Of a DNA stretch of 32,397 bases, positions 9,621 to 18,999 are shown in pieces. The translations under genes and the position numbers were made by a program. The notes under the pieces are model-generated. The model did no database searches and was not told the DNA's origin. It was given only the letters and a program-made list of their open reading frames with translations. The DNA lies in sequence record SRR22947727_962; one strand, written 5' to 3'. Each line of letters opens with the position of its first letter. Positions within the stretch are counted from its first letter, which is position 1.

Positions 9621-10250
9621 ATGAGCGCAGAAAATCTCACCATCGTTGATCACCCGTTGATCCGCACCCGGCTCGCGGTGATTCGCCAAGCAAGCACGGA
9701 GACGGCCGCTTTTCGTGAGGCGTTGCACGATGTCGCTCGGTTGATGACTTTTGAAGTGACTCGTGATTTAGAAACAAAGCCGCTTGAGGTGGAAACGCCG
9801 ATTACGAAGATGCAGGCAGATGAACTGAAACGGCCGATTATTTTCGTTCCGATTCTGCGAGCTGGAATCGGGCTGCAAAACGGATTTTCCGATATCGTTT
9901 CGGAATCGCATGTCGGCTACATCGGGCTGTTTCGAGATGAAGAAACGCTTCAGCCCAAGAAATATTACTGCAAGCTTCCCGACAATATCACGGACGGAGA
10001 TGTCTTTCTGATCGATCCCATGCTGGCAACCGGGGGAAGCGCAATCGAAGCGGCTTCTCAGTTGAAGGAGGCGGGCGCGACGCGAATTCGTTTTGTCTGC
10101 CTGATCGCTGCGCCGGAAGGTGTGGCTGAGTTTCACAAAGCACATCCTGACGTGCCGATTTTTACGGCGGCGCTGGATGAATGTCTCAACGAAAAATCCT
10201 ACATCGTTCCGGGACTTGGCGATGCTGGTGACCGATATTTTGGCACGTGA
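9621..10250 (+). CDS. upp: Uracil phosphoribosyltransferase
   Basis: 'VPILRAG', 'IDPMLATGGS', 'YIVPGLGDAGDRYFGT'. Confidence 0.98.
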   Translation: MSAENLTIVDHPLIRTRLAVIRQASTETAAFREALHDVARLMTFEVTRDLETKPLEVETPITKMQADELKRPIIFVPILRAGIGLQNGFSDIVSESHVGYIGLFRDEETLQPKKYYCKLPDNITDGDVFLIDPMLATGGSAIEAASQLKEAGATRIRFVCLIAAPEGVAEFHKAHPDVPIFTAALDECLNEKSYIVPGLGDAGDRYFGT

Positions 10251-11341
10251 AAATTGGTCTCGTCAGACGCGGTTACTCGGCGACGGGTGGTGCCGAAAAA
10301 TACCTGCTTCGGTTTGCCGATGCGGTTGAAGCTGCAGGGCACAGCGTGATTCTTTTCTGCGATAAACGCTGGCCGGAGTCGGTGTGGAAAAACAGGCAAA
10401 CGATCACGTTCGACAGCGTTGGGAAATCGCCGCGCTGCTTTGCGGATGCACTCGAAAAGGCGAATCCGAAATCGCATTGCGATCTGGTTTTCTCGCTTGA
10501 ACGCATTTGGAACTGCGATGTTTTCCGCGCTGGAGATGGCGTCCATGCCGCGTGGCTGGAGCGCCGGGCGCCGTTTGAAAATACCTGTAAAACCTGGTTT
10601 CGCGGCTTTCAGAAAAAACACCGTGAACTGATCGAACTTGAGAAATCGCTTTTTTCTCCTGAAGGAAACACCAGCGTGATTTGCAATTCGACGATGGTGA
10701 AAACCGAAATTGAAACGCAATTTGGGATGAATGGAGAGCGGATCACAGTGATTCCAAACGGCTTTGATGCACCGGAACGAATGGCTGATGAACGTGCCGT
10801 AATGCGTCAGGAAATGCGAGATTCGTGGGCGGTTGGTCCTGACAAAAAAGCGATCCTTTTCGTGGGTTCCGGGTGGGAGCGGAAAGGGCTTCAGTTTGCG
10901 ATTGATGCCGTCGAAGCGCTTCCGGATTCTGCAAATGTCCGGCTAATCGTGGCCGGAAAAGACAAACGAAAACCTCGCGTGAAAAACACAAATCGAATTC
11001 ATTTCGCAGGGCCCGTTTCAAACCTCGAACCGGTTTACGAAGCGGCTGATTCCTTTGTTCTGCCGACACTTTACGATCCATTTTCCAATGCGGGCCTCGA
11101 AGCCGCGGCCTATGGATTGTCCGTCGTGACCAGTGATGGAAATGGCTTGGCCGAACATATTCCGCCGCTTTCAGGAAAAGTCGTGTCGATCGGCAATGAC
11201 ACCGTTGATCAACTTCGAACGGCTTTCGAAAGTCTGGCGGAATGTGATCGCGCCGAAGAAAATCGGCATATCATTCGCGAACATTTTTCCACCGCGTTGA
11301 ATCAAAAACGGACGTTGTCTTTTTTCGAATCCCGCTCGTAA
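10247..11341 (+). CDS. Glycosyltransferase family 4 (WaaG/RfaG-like LPS core)
   Basis: 'GGAEKY', 'FVGSGWERKGL', 'LPTLYDPFSNAGLEAAAYG'; GTGA overlap with the upp stop. Confidence 0.9.
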   Translation: MKIGLVRRGYSATGGAEKYLLRFADAVEAAGHSVILFCDKRWPESVWKNRQTITFDSVGKSPRCFADALEKANPKSHCDLVFSLERIWNCDVFRAGDGVHAAWLERRAPFENTCKTWFRGFQKKHRELIELEKSLFSPEGNTSVICNSTMVKTEIETQFGMNGERITVIPNGFDAPERMADERAVMRQEMRDSWAVGPDKKAILFVGSGWERKGLQFAIDAVEALPDSANVRLIVAGKDKRKPRVKNTNRIHFAGPVSNLEPVYEAADSFVLPTLYDPFSNAGLEAAAYGLSVVTSDGNGLAEHIPPLSGKVVSIGNDTVDQLRTAFESLAECDRAEENRHIIREHFSTALNQKRTLSFFESRS

Positions 11342-11357
11342 ATACCCTTTTAAGAAA

Positions 11358-12098
11358 ATGGCTAAGTACCGATTTTATATCCCCGAATCTGACTGGAATC
11401 TTGAAGCGCTCGCTCTGACCGGCGATGAAGCGCACCACTGCCGCGACGTAATGCGCTGTCAGGTGGGCGAGCGAATCATTGCTTTTAACGGAGCTGGCAC
11501 GGAGTCCGAATCTGAGATTATGAGTTCGGAAAAAAACCGGGTTGAACTGAAGCCGATTCTCACAAGCCAATCGCCGCGCCCGCCGGCAATTTTAACAATC
11601 GGGCAGGCGATTCCCAAAGGGAAAAACATGGATTTGATCATCCAAAAATCGACCGAGCTTGGCGCTTCGAAAATTGTGCCGCTGCTTTCAGCGCGGACGG
11701 TGGTGCAGCTCGGCAAAGACGATCTCGCGAAAAAGCAGGAGAAATGGCAGAGGATTGCGTTGGAGGCCTGCAAACAGTGCGGTCAAAATTGGCTTCCTGA
11801 AGTGGCCGCTCCGGTGTCTGTCGAAAATTTTTTGAGTTCTGTTTCGGATCCATTTCGACTGGTCGCTGCGATCAGTGATCAAGCGGAGTCATTGAAAAAA
11901 ATCCTAGCCGATCACGAAGGCGATCGACCGACATCCGCAACGATGATGATTGGTCCGGAGGGCGATTTTACTCCTGCGGAAATCTCCCAATCTTTCAGCG
12001 CAGGATTTCTTCCACTCTCGCTGGGACCGATCGTGCTCCGGAGTGAAACTGCCGCAATCTACGCGCTCAGCGTCGTAGGCTATGAGTTGATGGGATAA
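11358..12098 (+). CDS. rsmE: 16S rRNA m3U1498 methyltransferase
   Basis: 'HHCRDVMR', 'QKSTELG', 'EACKQC', 'IGPEGDF', 'LGPIVLRSETA'. Confidence 0.97.
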   Translation: MAKYRFYIPESDWNLEALALTGDEAHHCRDVMRCQVGERIIAFNGAGTESESEIMSSEKNRVELKPILTSQSPRPPAILTIGQAIPKGKNMDLIIQKSTELGASKIVPLLSARTVVQLGKDDLAKKQEKWQRIALEACKQCGQNWLPEVAAPVSVENFLSSVSDPFRLVAAISDQAESLKKILADHEGDRPTSATMMIGPEGDFTPAEISQSFSAGFLPLSLGPIVLRSETAAIYALSVVGYELMG

Positions 12099-12137
12099 AT
12101 TTGTAACTAAACAGCTAGCGAGGGGTTCTTTGTTATT

Positions 12138-13097
12138 ATGAAGTCTCTGCTATTTTGCTGCTTGGTTTTTCTGTCTGCGGTTCTCAATTCTCAGGAGCTC
12201 GTTGATTCGTCGGTCAAAGAATTGCTTTTTGAACCCAACGATTCCAAGAGGAATCGAGTCGTTCCAGTAAAAGTATATTTGCCCGCTGAATCAAAATCGC
12301 CACTCCCAGTAATTCTCTTTTCGCACGGGCTGGGTGGCTCGAGGATGAACAGCGTTTATCTCGGCCTTCATTGGGCAAAGCAGGAGTTTGTCTGCGTTTT
12401 TATGCAACATCATGGCAGCGATGAAAGTGTGTGGAAAGACGCGCGGCCGGCTGATCGGATGTCGGCAATGAAAGGGGCGGCTAATCTGAAATCGACGCTT
12501 GATCGATTCGACGACGTGCCATTTGTAATTGATCAGCTGGAACGTTGGAACGCAGATAAAGAACATCCGCTCGTTGATGCGCTGGACTTGGAGCACATCG
12601 GAATGTGTGGCCATAGTTTTGGTGCGGTGACCACTCAAGCCATGATGGGGTAGAAATTCAGAGCAGGCCGAACGGTTTCAGATCCGCGACTTGATGCGTT
12701 CTTTGCAATGAGCCCGTCAGAACCTCGTGGCGGGACATCCGCGTCAGCTTTTGCGGAGATTAAAAAACCATTTCTTGGTATGACCGGAACCAAAGACGGA
12801 AGTCCGATCAGCCCGAAGACTACTCCGGCTTCACGCCGAGAAGTTTACAAAGCACTTCCTGTAGGAGACAAATTCGAGCTCGTTTTTGAAGGGGCAGAGC
12901 ACTCAGCGTTTTCTGACGCAGGTGACCGCGCGAAAAACCGGATTCCTCATCACCATCTCGCGATCCAGAAAATCAGTACAAAGTTTTGGGACGCGTATTT
13001 AAAAAACGACGAGTCAGCAAAAAAATGGTTGCAGTCGAATCAGCCAAAAAAGGATGAAGGCTTGCTTGTCGAAAAAGACATTTGGGCGTGGAAGTAA
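12138..13097 (+). pseudogene. Exported alpha/beta hydrolase (dienelactone hydrolase/PAF-AH-like) interrupted by one in-frame TAG at 12651-12653
   Basis: ORFs 12138..12653 and 12708..13097 share a frame with 18 open codons between them. 'FSHGLGG' and 'GHSFG' lie before the stop; 'GTKD' and 'AEHSAF' lie after it. Confidence 0.8.
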
Positions 13098-13107
13098 ATG
13101 GGATGGC

Positions 13108-13431
13108 TCACTTCCTCCGATGATTCCCACGGTTGCTTGATTTGTATTCCGGGGGCCGTTTTTTGACCCATTTCACGAACTTCTGAATTTCTTCGTGCTC
13201 GAGCATGAGTTCGATCGTTGCGAAATTTTTCGCCAATTCGGCTTCTGTAAAAACGGAGTGAATTTTGCCGTGACAGATTTCGTGAACGATGGCGACCGGC
13301 CCGTGTTTGCCGCCCTTAAGTTTTGGAATCAGGTGATGTTTGCTTTCTTTCGCCGGTGGAATGGGGCGACGACACAGCGGGCAGAGTTTCCAGCCGGTTT
13401 CAGGATCAATTTCTAACGGGGGATTCGACAC
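13108..13431 (-). CDS. Small HNH endonuclease-like protein (YisB-like)
   Basis: 'CPLC...HHLIPKLKGG...HEICHGKIH...FVKWVKK'; GTG start preceded by GAAAGG. Confidence 0.85.
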   Translation of the reverse strand: MSNPPLEIDPETGWKLCPLCRRPIPPAKESKHHLIPKLKGGKHGPVAIVHEICHGKIHSVFTEAELAKNFATIELMLEHEEIQKFVKWVKKRPPEYKSSNRGNHRRK

Positions 13432-13467
13432 TTGCCTTTCGGGGGTTCGTTTTTACCTTCGCCTGTG

Positions 13468-13671
13468 ATGAAAACTTTTCGACTTCTTCTTCTCGCATCG
13501 GTTTCGATGTTCGCATTGTCCAGCTGTGCTCTCCTAAAATGCGATAGCTGCGCGGCAAAACAAGGCGCTGCGCGGGAACGAGCATTGCAGGAATATCAGG
13601 CTCAGCAAGCAGCTGTCGCAGGAGCGTCTGCGCCTGCGACCGTGACACAAGCCCCTCGACTCCGGCCGTAG
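13468..13671 (+). CDS. Small putative lipoprotein (67 aa)
   Basis: 'MKTFRLLLLASVSMFALSSC' signal with lipobox; CxxC just after it. Confidence 0.65.
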   Translation: MKTFRLLLLASVSMFALSSCALLKCDSCAAKQGAARERALQEYQAQQAAVAGASAPATVTQAPRLRP

Positions 13672-13733
13672 CGCCAAGTCCCGCAGTTGCTCCGGCCCCG
13701 GTTCAATAATTTTTTTCACGAAGCAGCAGCTTT

Positions 13734-13777
13734 TCGAACATACCCTATTGATTCGTTGAACGTACCCTGTTGGTTCG
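13734..13777 (-). repeat. 22-bp-unit dispersed repeat, locus B (2 tandem units)
   Basis: Minus strand CGAACCAACAGGGT-ACGTTCAA | CGAATCAATAGGGT-ATGTTCGA; encodes the last 10 residues and the stop of tcdA. Confidence 0.85.
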
Positions 13778-14551
13778 TAAAACCTCCGCCGCTGCTTCAG
13801 CGGCTGCTGCAAAGCCGAACGTCCCAGTAACGAAGGAGGCTGCACCGTATCCGTTTTCGCAATTCATTTCGAGGTCGCTACTCGGCTCGGGGCCGTCTCG
13901 GACGGATCCATCCTTCCATGGAAAAACGGGATTTTGGGTGCTGTAAACGGCTCGAAATCCCCATGGGGTCCGATCGTGCTCGTGGGGGAATCCGAATTCG
14001 CGCCGGAGCTTTCGTCGGACCTGTTTTAGGAGCGCGTCGTTGGTGGTATTGTTTATGTCAGAAATCGTAATCGAACCCGGGTCTGTTTTTCCACCAGCTC
14101 CGCCAGAGATAATGAGTGGAATGTTCCGCTCTTTGCATCGGATGAGGAGTTCACATTTGTGGCTGATTTTGTCGATTCCATCAATCACCACATCGAATCC
14201 GAGATCTAAGATTGAATCGGCGTTCGATGGCAGGAAAAAATCTTCCAACGCGTGAATTTCGGCGTCGGGATTGATTTTTTGAAGTCGATCTGCGGTGGCG
14301 GAGGCTTTGGTGCGCCCGATTTCGCCTTCAATGGCATGGAGTTGCCGATTGGTATTGGTGATGCAGACCTCGTCGAGATCGATCAACGTGATCTTCCCAA
14401 TCCCAGTACGGGCAAGGGCTTCGGCTGACCATGAACCGACGCCGCCCACGCCGATTACGGCAATGTGGGCTGCCTGAAATTTCTCCAGCGCACCTTTGCC
14501 GTAGAGTCGCTCAAGTCCGGAAAATCGATTATAGAACGCTGATTGATCCAT
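13745..14551 (-). CDS. tcdA: tRNA threonylcarbamoyladenosine dehydratase (ThiF family)
   Basis: 'GVGGVGSWSAEALARTG', 'DLDEVCITNTNRQLHA', 'GGAGGKTDP', 'FVTGTFG'. Confidence 0.93.
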   Translation of the reverse strand: MDQSAFYNRFSGLERLYGKGALEKFQAAHIAVIGVGGVGSWSAEALARTGIGKITLIDLDEVCITNTNRQLHAIEGEIGRTKASATADRLQKINPDAEIHALEDFFLPSNADSILDLGFDVVIDGIDKISHKCELLIRCKERNIPLIISGGAGGKTDPGSITISDINNTTNDALLKQVRRKLRREFGFPHEHDRTPWGFRAVYSTQNPVFPWKDGSVRDGPEPSSDLEMNCENGYGAASFVTGTFGFAAAAEAAAEVLRTNRVRSTNQ

Positions 14552-14557
14552 CTCACG

Positions 14558-14592
14558 AAAAAGCGCTTTGCCTGTTTTAAGGGCAAAGCGCT
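14558..14592 (-). terminator. Intrinsic terminator after clpC
   Basis: Perfect 11-bp stem AGCGCTTTGCC(14562-72)/GGCAAAGCGCT(14582-92) with a T-run on the minus strand. Confidence 0.8.
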
Positions 14593-14632
14593 ATCGAAAC
14601 TTATTCTTGGAAACTCGATCGTCCTTTCAGAC

Positions 14633-17161
14633 TCACTTGTCGTCTGTCACTGCAGCTGCTTCTTCGACGATTTCTTCGGGAGTTGAATCGTCATTATCAC
14701 CCGTATCAAAGGCGAGCATTTTCTCGTCTTCGGTGTGAGATACGTGGATGGTTTTGCCTGGCTTGATGTAGCCGCGAAGCATTAACTCAGCGAGTGGATC
14801 TTCGAGATGGCGCTCAACTGCACGACGCATTGGACGCGCGCCGTAAGCGGGATCGTAGCCTTCTTCTACGAGAAATTCTTTCGCGGTAGTGTCGAGTTCG
14901 AGAATGATTTCTTTCTCAGCAAGACGCTTCAGGACGGTTGCGATTTCGAGGTCGACAATCTTTACGAGGTCATCCTTCTCCAACATATGGAAAACGATTT
15001 TCTCGTCGAGACGGTTAAGGAACTCAGGTTTGAAAATGTTTTTCGACTGATCGAGAATTTTATCCCGCATCGCATCGTAATTTTCATCTGATGCATCGGT
15101 TCCCATCGCCGCAAAACCAAGGCTGGTCTGCTTCTTGATCAGTTCAGCACCCACGTTTGAGGTCAGAATGATGATGGTGTTCCGAAAGTCAATCTTACGG
15201 CCGAGGCTGTCAGTGATCATTCCTTCTTCCAAAATCTGGAGGAGAAGGTGCATCACATCCGGGTGTGCTTTTTCAACTTCGTCGAACAGAACAACGGAGT
15301 AAGGACGACGACGAACCGCTTCGGAAAGCTGGCCGCCTTCTTCGTGACCAACGTATCCCGGAGGCGAACCAATCAAGCGGCTGCTGGTGAATTTCTCCAT
15401 GTATTCCGACATGTCGATCTGGATCAATGCATCTGAATCACCGAACATGAACTCAGCCAAATTCTTGGCGAGGTAGGTTTTACCAACCCCGGTAGGTCCG
15501 AGGAAAATAAACGAACCAATCGGACGACGTGGATTTTTAAGGTCGGCACGCGAACGAATAAGTGCTTTGGAAATTGCTTTGACGGCTTCGTCCTGACCAA
15601 TGACGCGGGTCTGGAGTTCTTCTTCCATTTTGAGAAGCTTCTCGGCTTCTTTTTCTTCCATCCGCTGAAGTGGAACGCCGGTCCATTTGGCAACCACAGC
15701 CATGATGTCGTCTTCTTCGACCGCCACGATATTTTCGGCATTCGCTTCACGCCATTCTTCGAGAACGTCTTCGAGTTCCTTGCGCTTGTTCTTCTCTTTG
15801 TCGCGCAGGGCAGCCGCATTTTCGAAATCCTGATCTTTAATTGCAGCCTCTTTGTCGATCACGATGGTTTCGATTTCCGCTTCGAGACCTTTCACTTCGG
15901 GTGGGCGAGTCATCGCAGCGATGCGGCAACGAGCTCCGGCTTCGTCGAGAATATCGATCGCTTTGTCTGGAAGAAATCGATCGGTGAGGTAACGAGCGGA
16001 AAGCTTAACGCACGCTTCAATTGCGGCTTTGGTGTATTCCGCTTTGTGGTGCATCTCATACTTCGAGCGAAGACCCTGAAGAATGAGGATCGCATCATCA
16101 ACAGATGGCTCTTCCACTTTCACAACCTGAAAACGACGGGCAAGCGCGGCGTCTTTTTCGATGTATTTGCGGTGCTCATTGAGCGTTGTCGCTCCGATAC
16201 ACTGCATTTCGCCGCGGCTGAGGGCCGGTTTGATAATGTTTGAAGCGTCCATCGCGCCTTCGGCAGAACCCGCACCAACGATGGTGTGAAGCTCATCGAT
16301 GAACAAAATGACGTTTTTCGAGCGACGGATTTCGTCCATCACAGCTTTGATCCGCTCTTCAAATTGTCCGCGATATTTAGTGCCGGCCACCATCAGCGCC
16401 AAATCGAGCGTGATGACTTTCTTATCGTGAAGCAACTCAGGAACGTTCCCGTTTGAGATTTCCTGAGCCAACCCTTCAGCAATCGCCGTTTTACCAACAC
16501 CAGCTTCTCCGATGAGAACTGGATTGTTTTTCGAACGACGGCAGAGAATCTGAATGACGCGCTCGATTTCCGGAGCGCGACCAATCACAGGGTCGAGCTC
16601 ATTTTCACGAGCAAGTTCGGTGAGATCACGACCAAAGGCACGGAGAGCGGGCATTTTGCCATCCTTCTTGCTGCTAGCAGTCGCCATATTGTCGTCGAAA
16701 TCGGTATCTTCGTCGTCGCTTGAGAAATTAGGGTCCAGTTCACGCAGGATTTCATTCCGAGTGCGCTCGATATCGACTTCGAGATTTTTCAAAACGCGAG
16801 CGGCAACGCCTTCACCTTCACGAAGCAGACCGAGCAAAATGTGTTCTGTGCCGACGTAGCTGTGATTCAGCGCTTTGGCTTCTTTGCCAGCGAGAGCGAG
16901 AACTTTTTTGACGCGAGGTGTGTAGGGAATATTTCCCACCATCTTTGTCTCAGGGCCGTTGCCGACCTGTTTCTCAACTTCCATCCGGACCGTCTCAAGG
17001 TCCAAGCTCATCTTCTGGAGTACATTCACTGCGACACCCTGGCCGAGTTTGATGAGTCCTAAAAGGAGGTGTTCCGTTCCCACGTAGTTGTGGTTAAAGC
17101 GATCCGCTTCTTTCCTGGCAAGGGCGAGAACTTGTTGTGCGCGAGGGGTAAAATTATTCAT
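14633..17161 (-). CDS. clpC: ATP-dependent Clp protease ATP-binding subunit ClpC
   Basis: Two Clp-N repeats ('GTEH[LI]LLGL'), Walker A motifs GEAGVGKT and [11 protein letters not shown] middle domain, 'LGF' ClpP-docking loop. Confidence 0.97.
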   Translation of the reverse strand: MNNFTPRAQQVLALARKEADRFNHNYVGTEHLLLGLIKLGQGVAVNVLQKMSLDLETVRMEVEKQVGNGPETKMVGNIPYTPRVKKVLALAGKEAKALNHSYVGTEHILLGLLREGEGVAARVLKNLEVDIERTRNEILRELDPNFSSDDEDTDFDDNMATASSKKDGKMPALRAFGRDLTELARENELDPVIGRAPEIERVIQILCRRSKNNPVLIGEAGVGKTAIAEGLAQEISNGNVPELLHDKKVITLDLALMVAGTKYRGQFEERIKAVMDEIRRSKNVILFIDELHTIVGAGSAEGAMDASNIIKPALSRGEMQCIGATTLNEHRKYIEKDAALARRFQVVKVEEPSVDDAILILQGLRSKYEMHHKAEYTKAAIEACVKLSARYLTDRFLPDKAIDILDEAGARCRIAAMTRPPEVKGLEAEIETIVIDKEAAIKDQDFENAAALRDKEKNKRKELEDVLEEWREANAENIVAVEEDDIMAVVAKWTGVPLQRMEEKEAEKLLKMEEELQTRVIGQDEAVKAISKALIRSRADLKNPRRPIGSFIFLGPTGVGKTYLAKNLAEFMFGDSDALIQIDMSEYMEKFTSSRLIGSPPGYVGHEEGGQLSEAVRRRPYSVVLFDEVEKAHPDVMHLLLQILEEGMITDSLGRKIDFRNTIIILTSNVGAELIKKQTSLGFAAMGTDASDENYDAMRDKILDQSKNIFKPEFLNRLDEKIVFHMLEKDDLVKIVDLEIATVLKRLAEKEIILELDTTAKEFLVEEGYDPAYGARPMRRAVERHLEDPLAELMLRGYIKPGKTIHVSHTEDEKMLAFDTGDNDDSTPEEIVEEAAAVTDDK

Positions 17162-18269
17162 TTTCTTGGGCGTCCCGATCAGTAGTTTTCAATATATCAC
17201 TGAAATTGGGCTCCGTCAGGCCGTTTAAATTTTTACGAATGATGTCAGCGCGGAGGACGTCTCTTTCTTCTGCGCTTAGTTTTCTTTTTGCTGAAATTTG
17301 AAGGTGTGCTGGCTGAATTTCAGTCAGCAACACGTTAATCGATTCTCGTTCTTCAGAGTTAAAAACTCCAAGATCGCAACCCAGCCGAACCATTGAAAGC
17401 AAGTTCAATGCCTCTTTTGATGGGATGATGTGGGCATACCGCAAAAGGGCATAAGCTCGACCAATCTGATCCTGCAACATGGTTGAGCGGTCTTCTACTA
17501 AGCGTTGCCGGGCGTTTTTTTCGTTCTCGATCATCCGGTTGATGACTTTGTCGAGATGCTCAATCACCTGCTCTTCGCTGGTGCCGAGAGTGGTCTGGTT
17601 CGAGACTTGAAATAAATTTGCAAGGGCTTCGGTGCCTTCTCCATATAACCCGCGAACGGCCAGGCCGATTTTATTGGCGGCCTGAATCGTTTGATTCACC
17701 TGATCGCTCAAGACCAATCCGGGCAGGTGAAGCATCGCCGATGCGCGCATTCCGGTTCCCAAATTCGTCGGGCAGGCGGTGAGATAGCCGTATTTGCCGT
17801 CGTAGGCGTAGGGTAGGGCGCTCTCCAATTCAGTATCGATTTTATCGAGAGATTTGAACGCGTTGAGAAGTTGTAAACCCGGTCGGATCGCCTGCATTCG
17901 AAGATGATCTTCTTCGTTGATCATGATCGAAATCGTCTGCTTACGATTCATCACCGTGGCGCAACCGGGGCCTTTCGCTGCGTGCTCGCGACTCACCAAA
18001 TGGCGTTCGACGAGAACTTGTTTTTCGATCGCTGAAAGTGACGTCATTTCTTCCGAAAACGCGTCTCGCATGTCTCCCAATTCTTCCACGGCCGGCCGAA
18101 TTTCGTCCATCACAATGCGGCGATCATCTTCCTCGGCCCAGCCGGGAAAGGGGCGGTTTCCGATGTTCCGCGCTAAACGGACGCGGCTCGTCATCACAAT
18201 TTCATCCTGCGGCCCGGACGCGCGCATCCATTCAGCAGGTTTTTTTAGCAAGGTAGAAAAGCGCATCAT
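17154..18269 (-). CDS. mcsB: Protein arginine kinase
   Basis: 'SRVRLARN', 'INEEDHLR', 'YLTACPTNLGTGMRAS', 'RGLYGEG'; 8-bp overlap with clpC. Confidence 0.96.
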   Translation of the reverse strand: MMRFSTLLKKPAEWMRASGPQDEIVMTSRVRLARNIGNRPFPGWAEEDDRRIVMDEIRPAVEELGDMRDAFSEEMTSLSAIEKQVLVERHLVSREHAAKGPGCATVMNRKQTISIMINEEDHLRMQAIRPGLQLLNAFKSLDKIDTELESALPYAYDGKYGYLTACPTNLGTGMRASAMLHLPGLVLSDQVNQTIQAANKIGLAVRGLYGEGTEALANLFQVSNQTTLGTSEEQVIEHLDKVINRMIENEKNARQRLVEDRSTMLQDQIGRAYALLRYAHIIPSKEALNLLSMVRLGCDLGVFNSEERESINVLLTEIQPAHLQISAKRKLSAEERDVLRADIIRKNLNGLTEPNFSDILKTTDRDAQENE

Positions 18270-18306
18270 GACAGGAAAAAGTCAGTCGTTGAATGTTGAA
18301 CAAACA

Positions 18307-18840
18307 TTACGAATCTCCGATTTTCGGCGGGATGGTGGTTTCTGATTCCAATTGGGAAATCGCGTCCCGCAGCCGGGCGGCTTCTTCGTAATCTTCAGCC
18401 TCGACCGATGCTTGCAGGTTCGTTTTCAACTCAGACAAGCGATCTACTTCTTCAGGAGGTGCTCCGCCGCTTTCGACGAATCCCTGAGGCGTTTTTCCGC
18501 GATGCTCCGTATGTTTGTGCATCGCTTCGAGAAGGCTGTCGAGCCCTTCGTTAAAGACTTCGTAGCATGCCGAGCAGCCAAATCGGCCCGTCTTTTTGAA
18601 ATCACTTTGAGTAAATCCGCAGACCTTACAGGTAAGTTCTTCAGGCTGTTCCGGAACCTCGGAAACGGTCTCTTCTTCTCCCATTCCTTCCAGCATATCC
18701 GCAAGGGCAAAACCTGTCGGATCCGTCACGCCTTTTTCATCGGCGCACGATTTACACAAGTTTACCCTTTTGAGCTTCCCCTCTACCAATTGGCTAAAAA
18801 AGAGGGTCGCATCTTCGGTTGAGCACACGTCGCAATTCAT
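18307..18840 (-). CDS. mcsA: McsA, protein arginine kinase activator
   Basis: Four CxxC motifs (CDVC, CKSC, CKVC, CSAC) and UVR motif 'EDYEEAARLRDAI'; ATG 18840 preferred. Confidence 0.94.
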   Translation of the reverse strand: MNCDVCSTEDATLFFSQLVEGKLKRVNLCKSCADEKGVTDPTGFALADMLEGMGEEETVSEVPEQPEELTCKVCGFTQSDFKKTGRFGCSACYEVFNEGLDSLLEAMHKHTEHRGKTPQGFVESGGAPPEEVDRLSELKTNLQASVEAEDYEEAARLRDAISQLESETTIPPKIGDS

Positions 18841-18999
18841 GTTTCGGCAGAGAATGATACGCACCCGATCCAGTTTTGAGACCGCGTGCATCGAGATAAC
18901 TTACGACAGACTTTCGCAGACGTCTACGATTGGCGTGAATTATGTGAAAATTATCGTAAGAAACAATATTCCCCAGATGGTTTCGCCGAAAAAACTGAT

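Noticed and set aside
12651-12653. Genome-wide TAG recoding
   Set aside because: hisS, tcdA and others end at TAG at the expected lengths.
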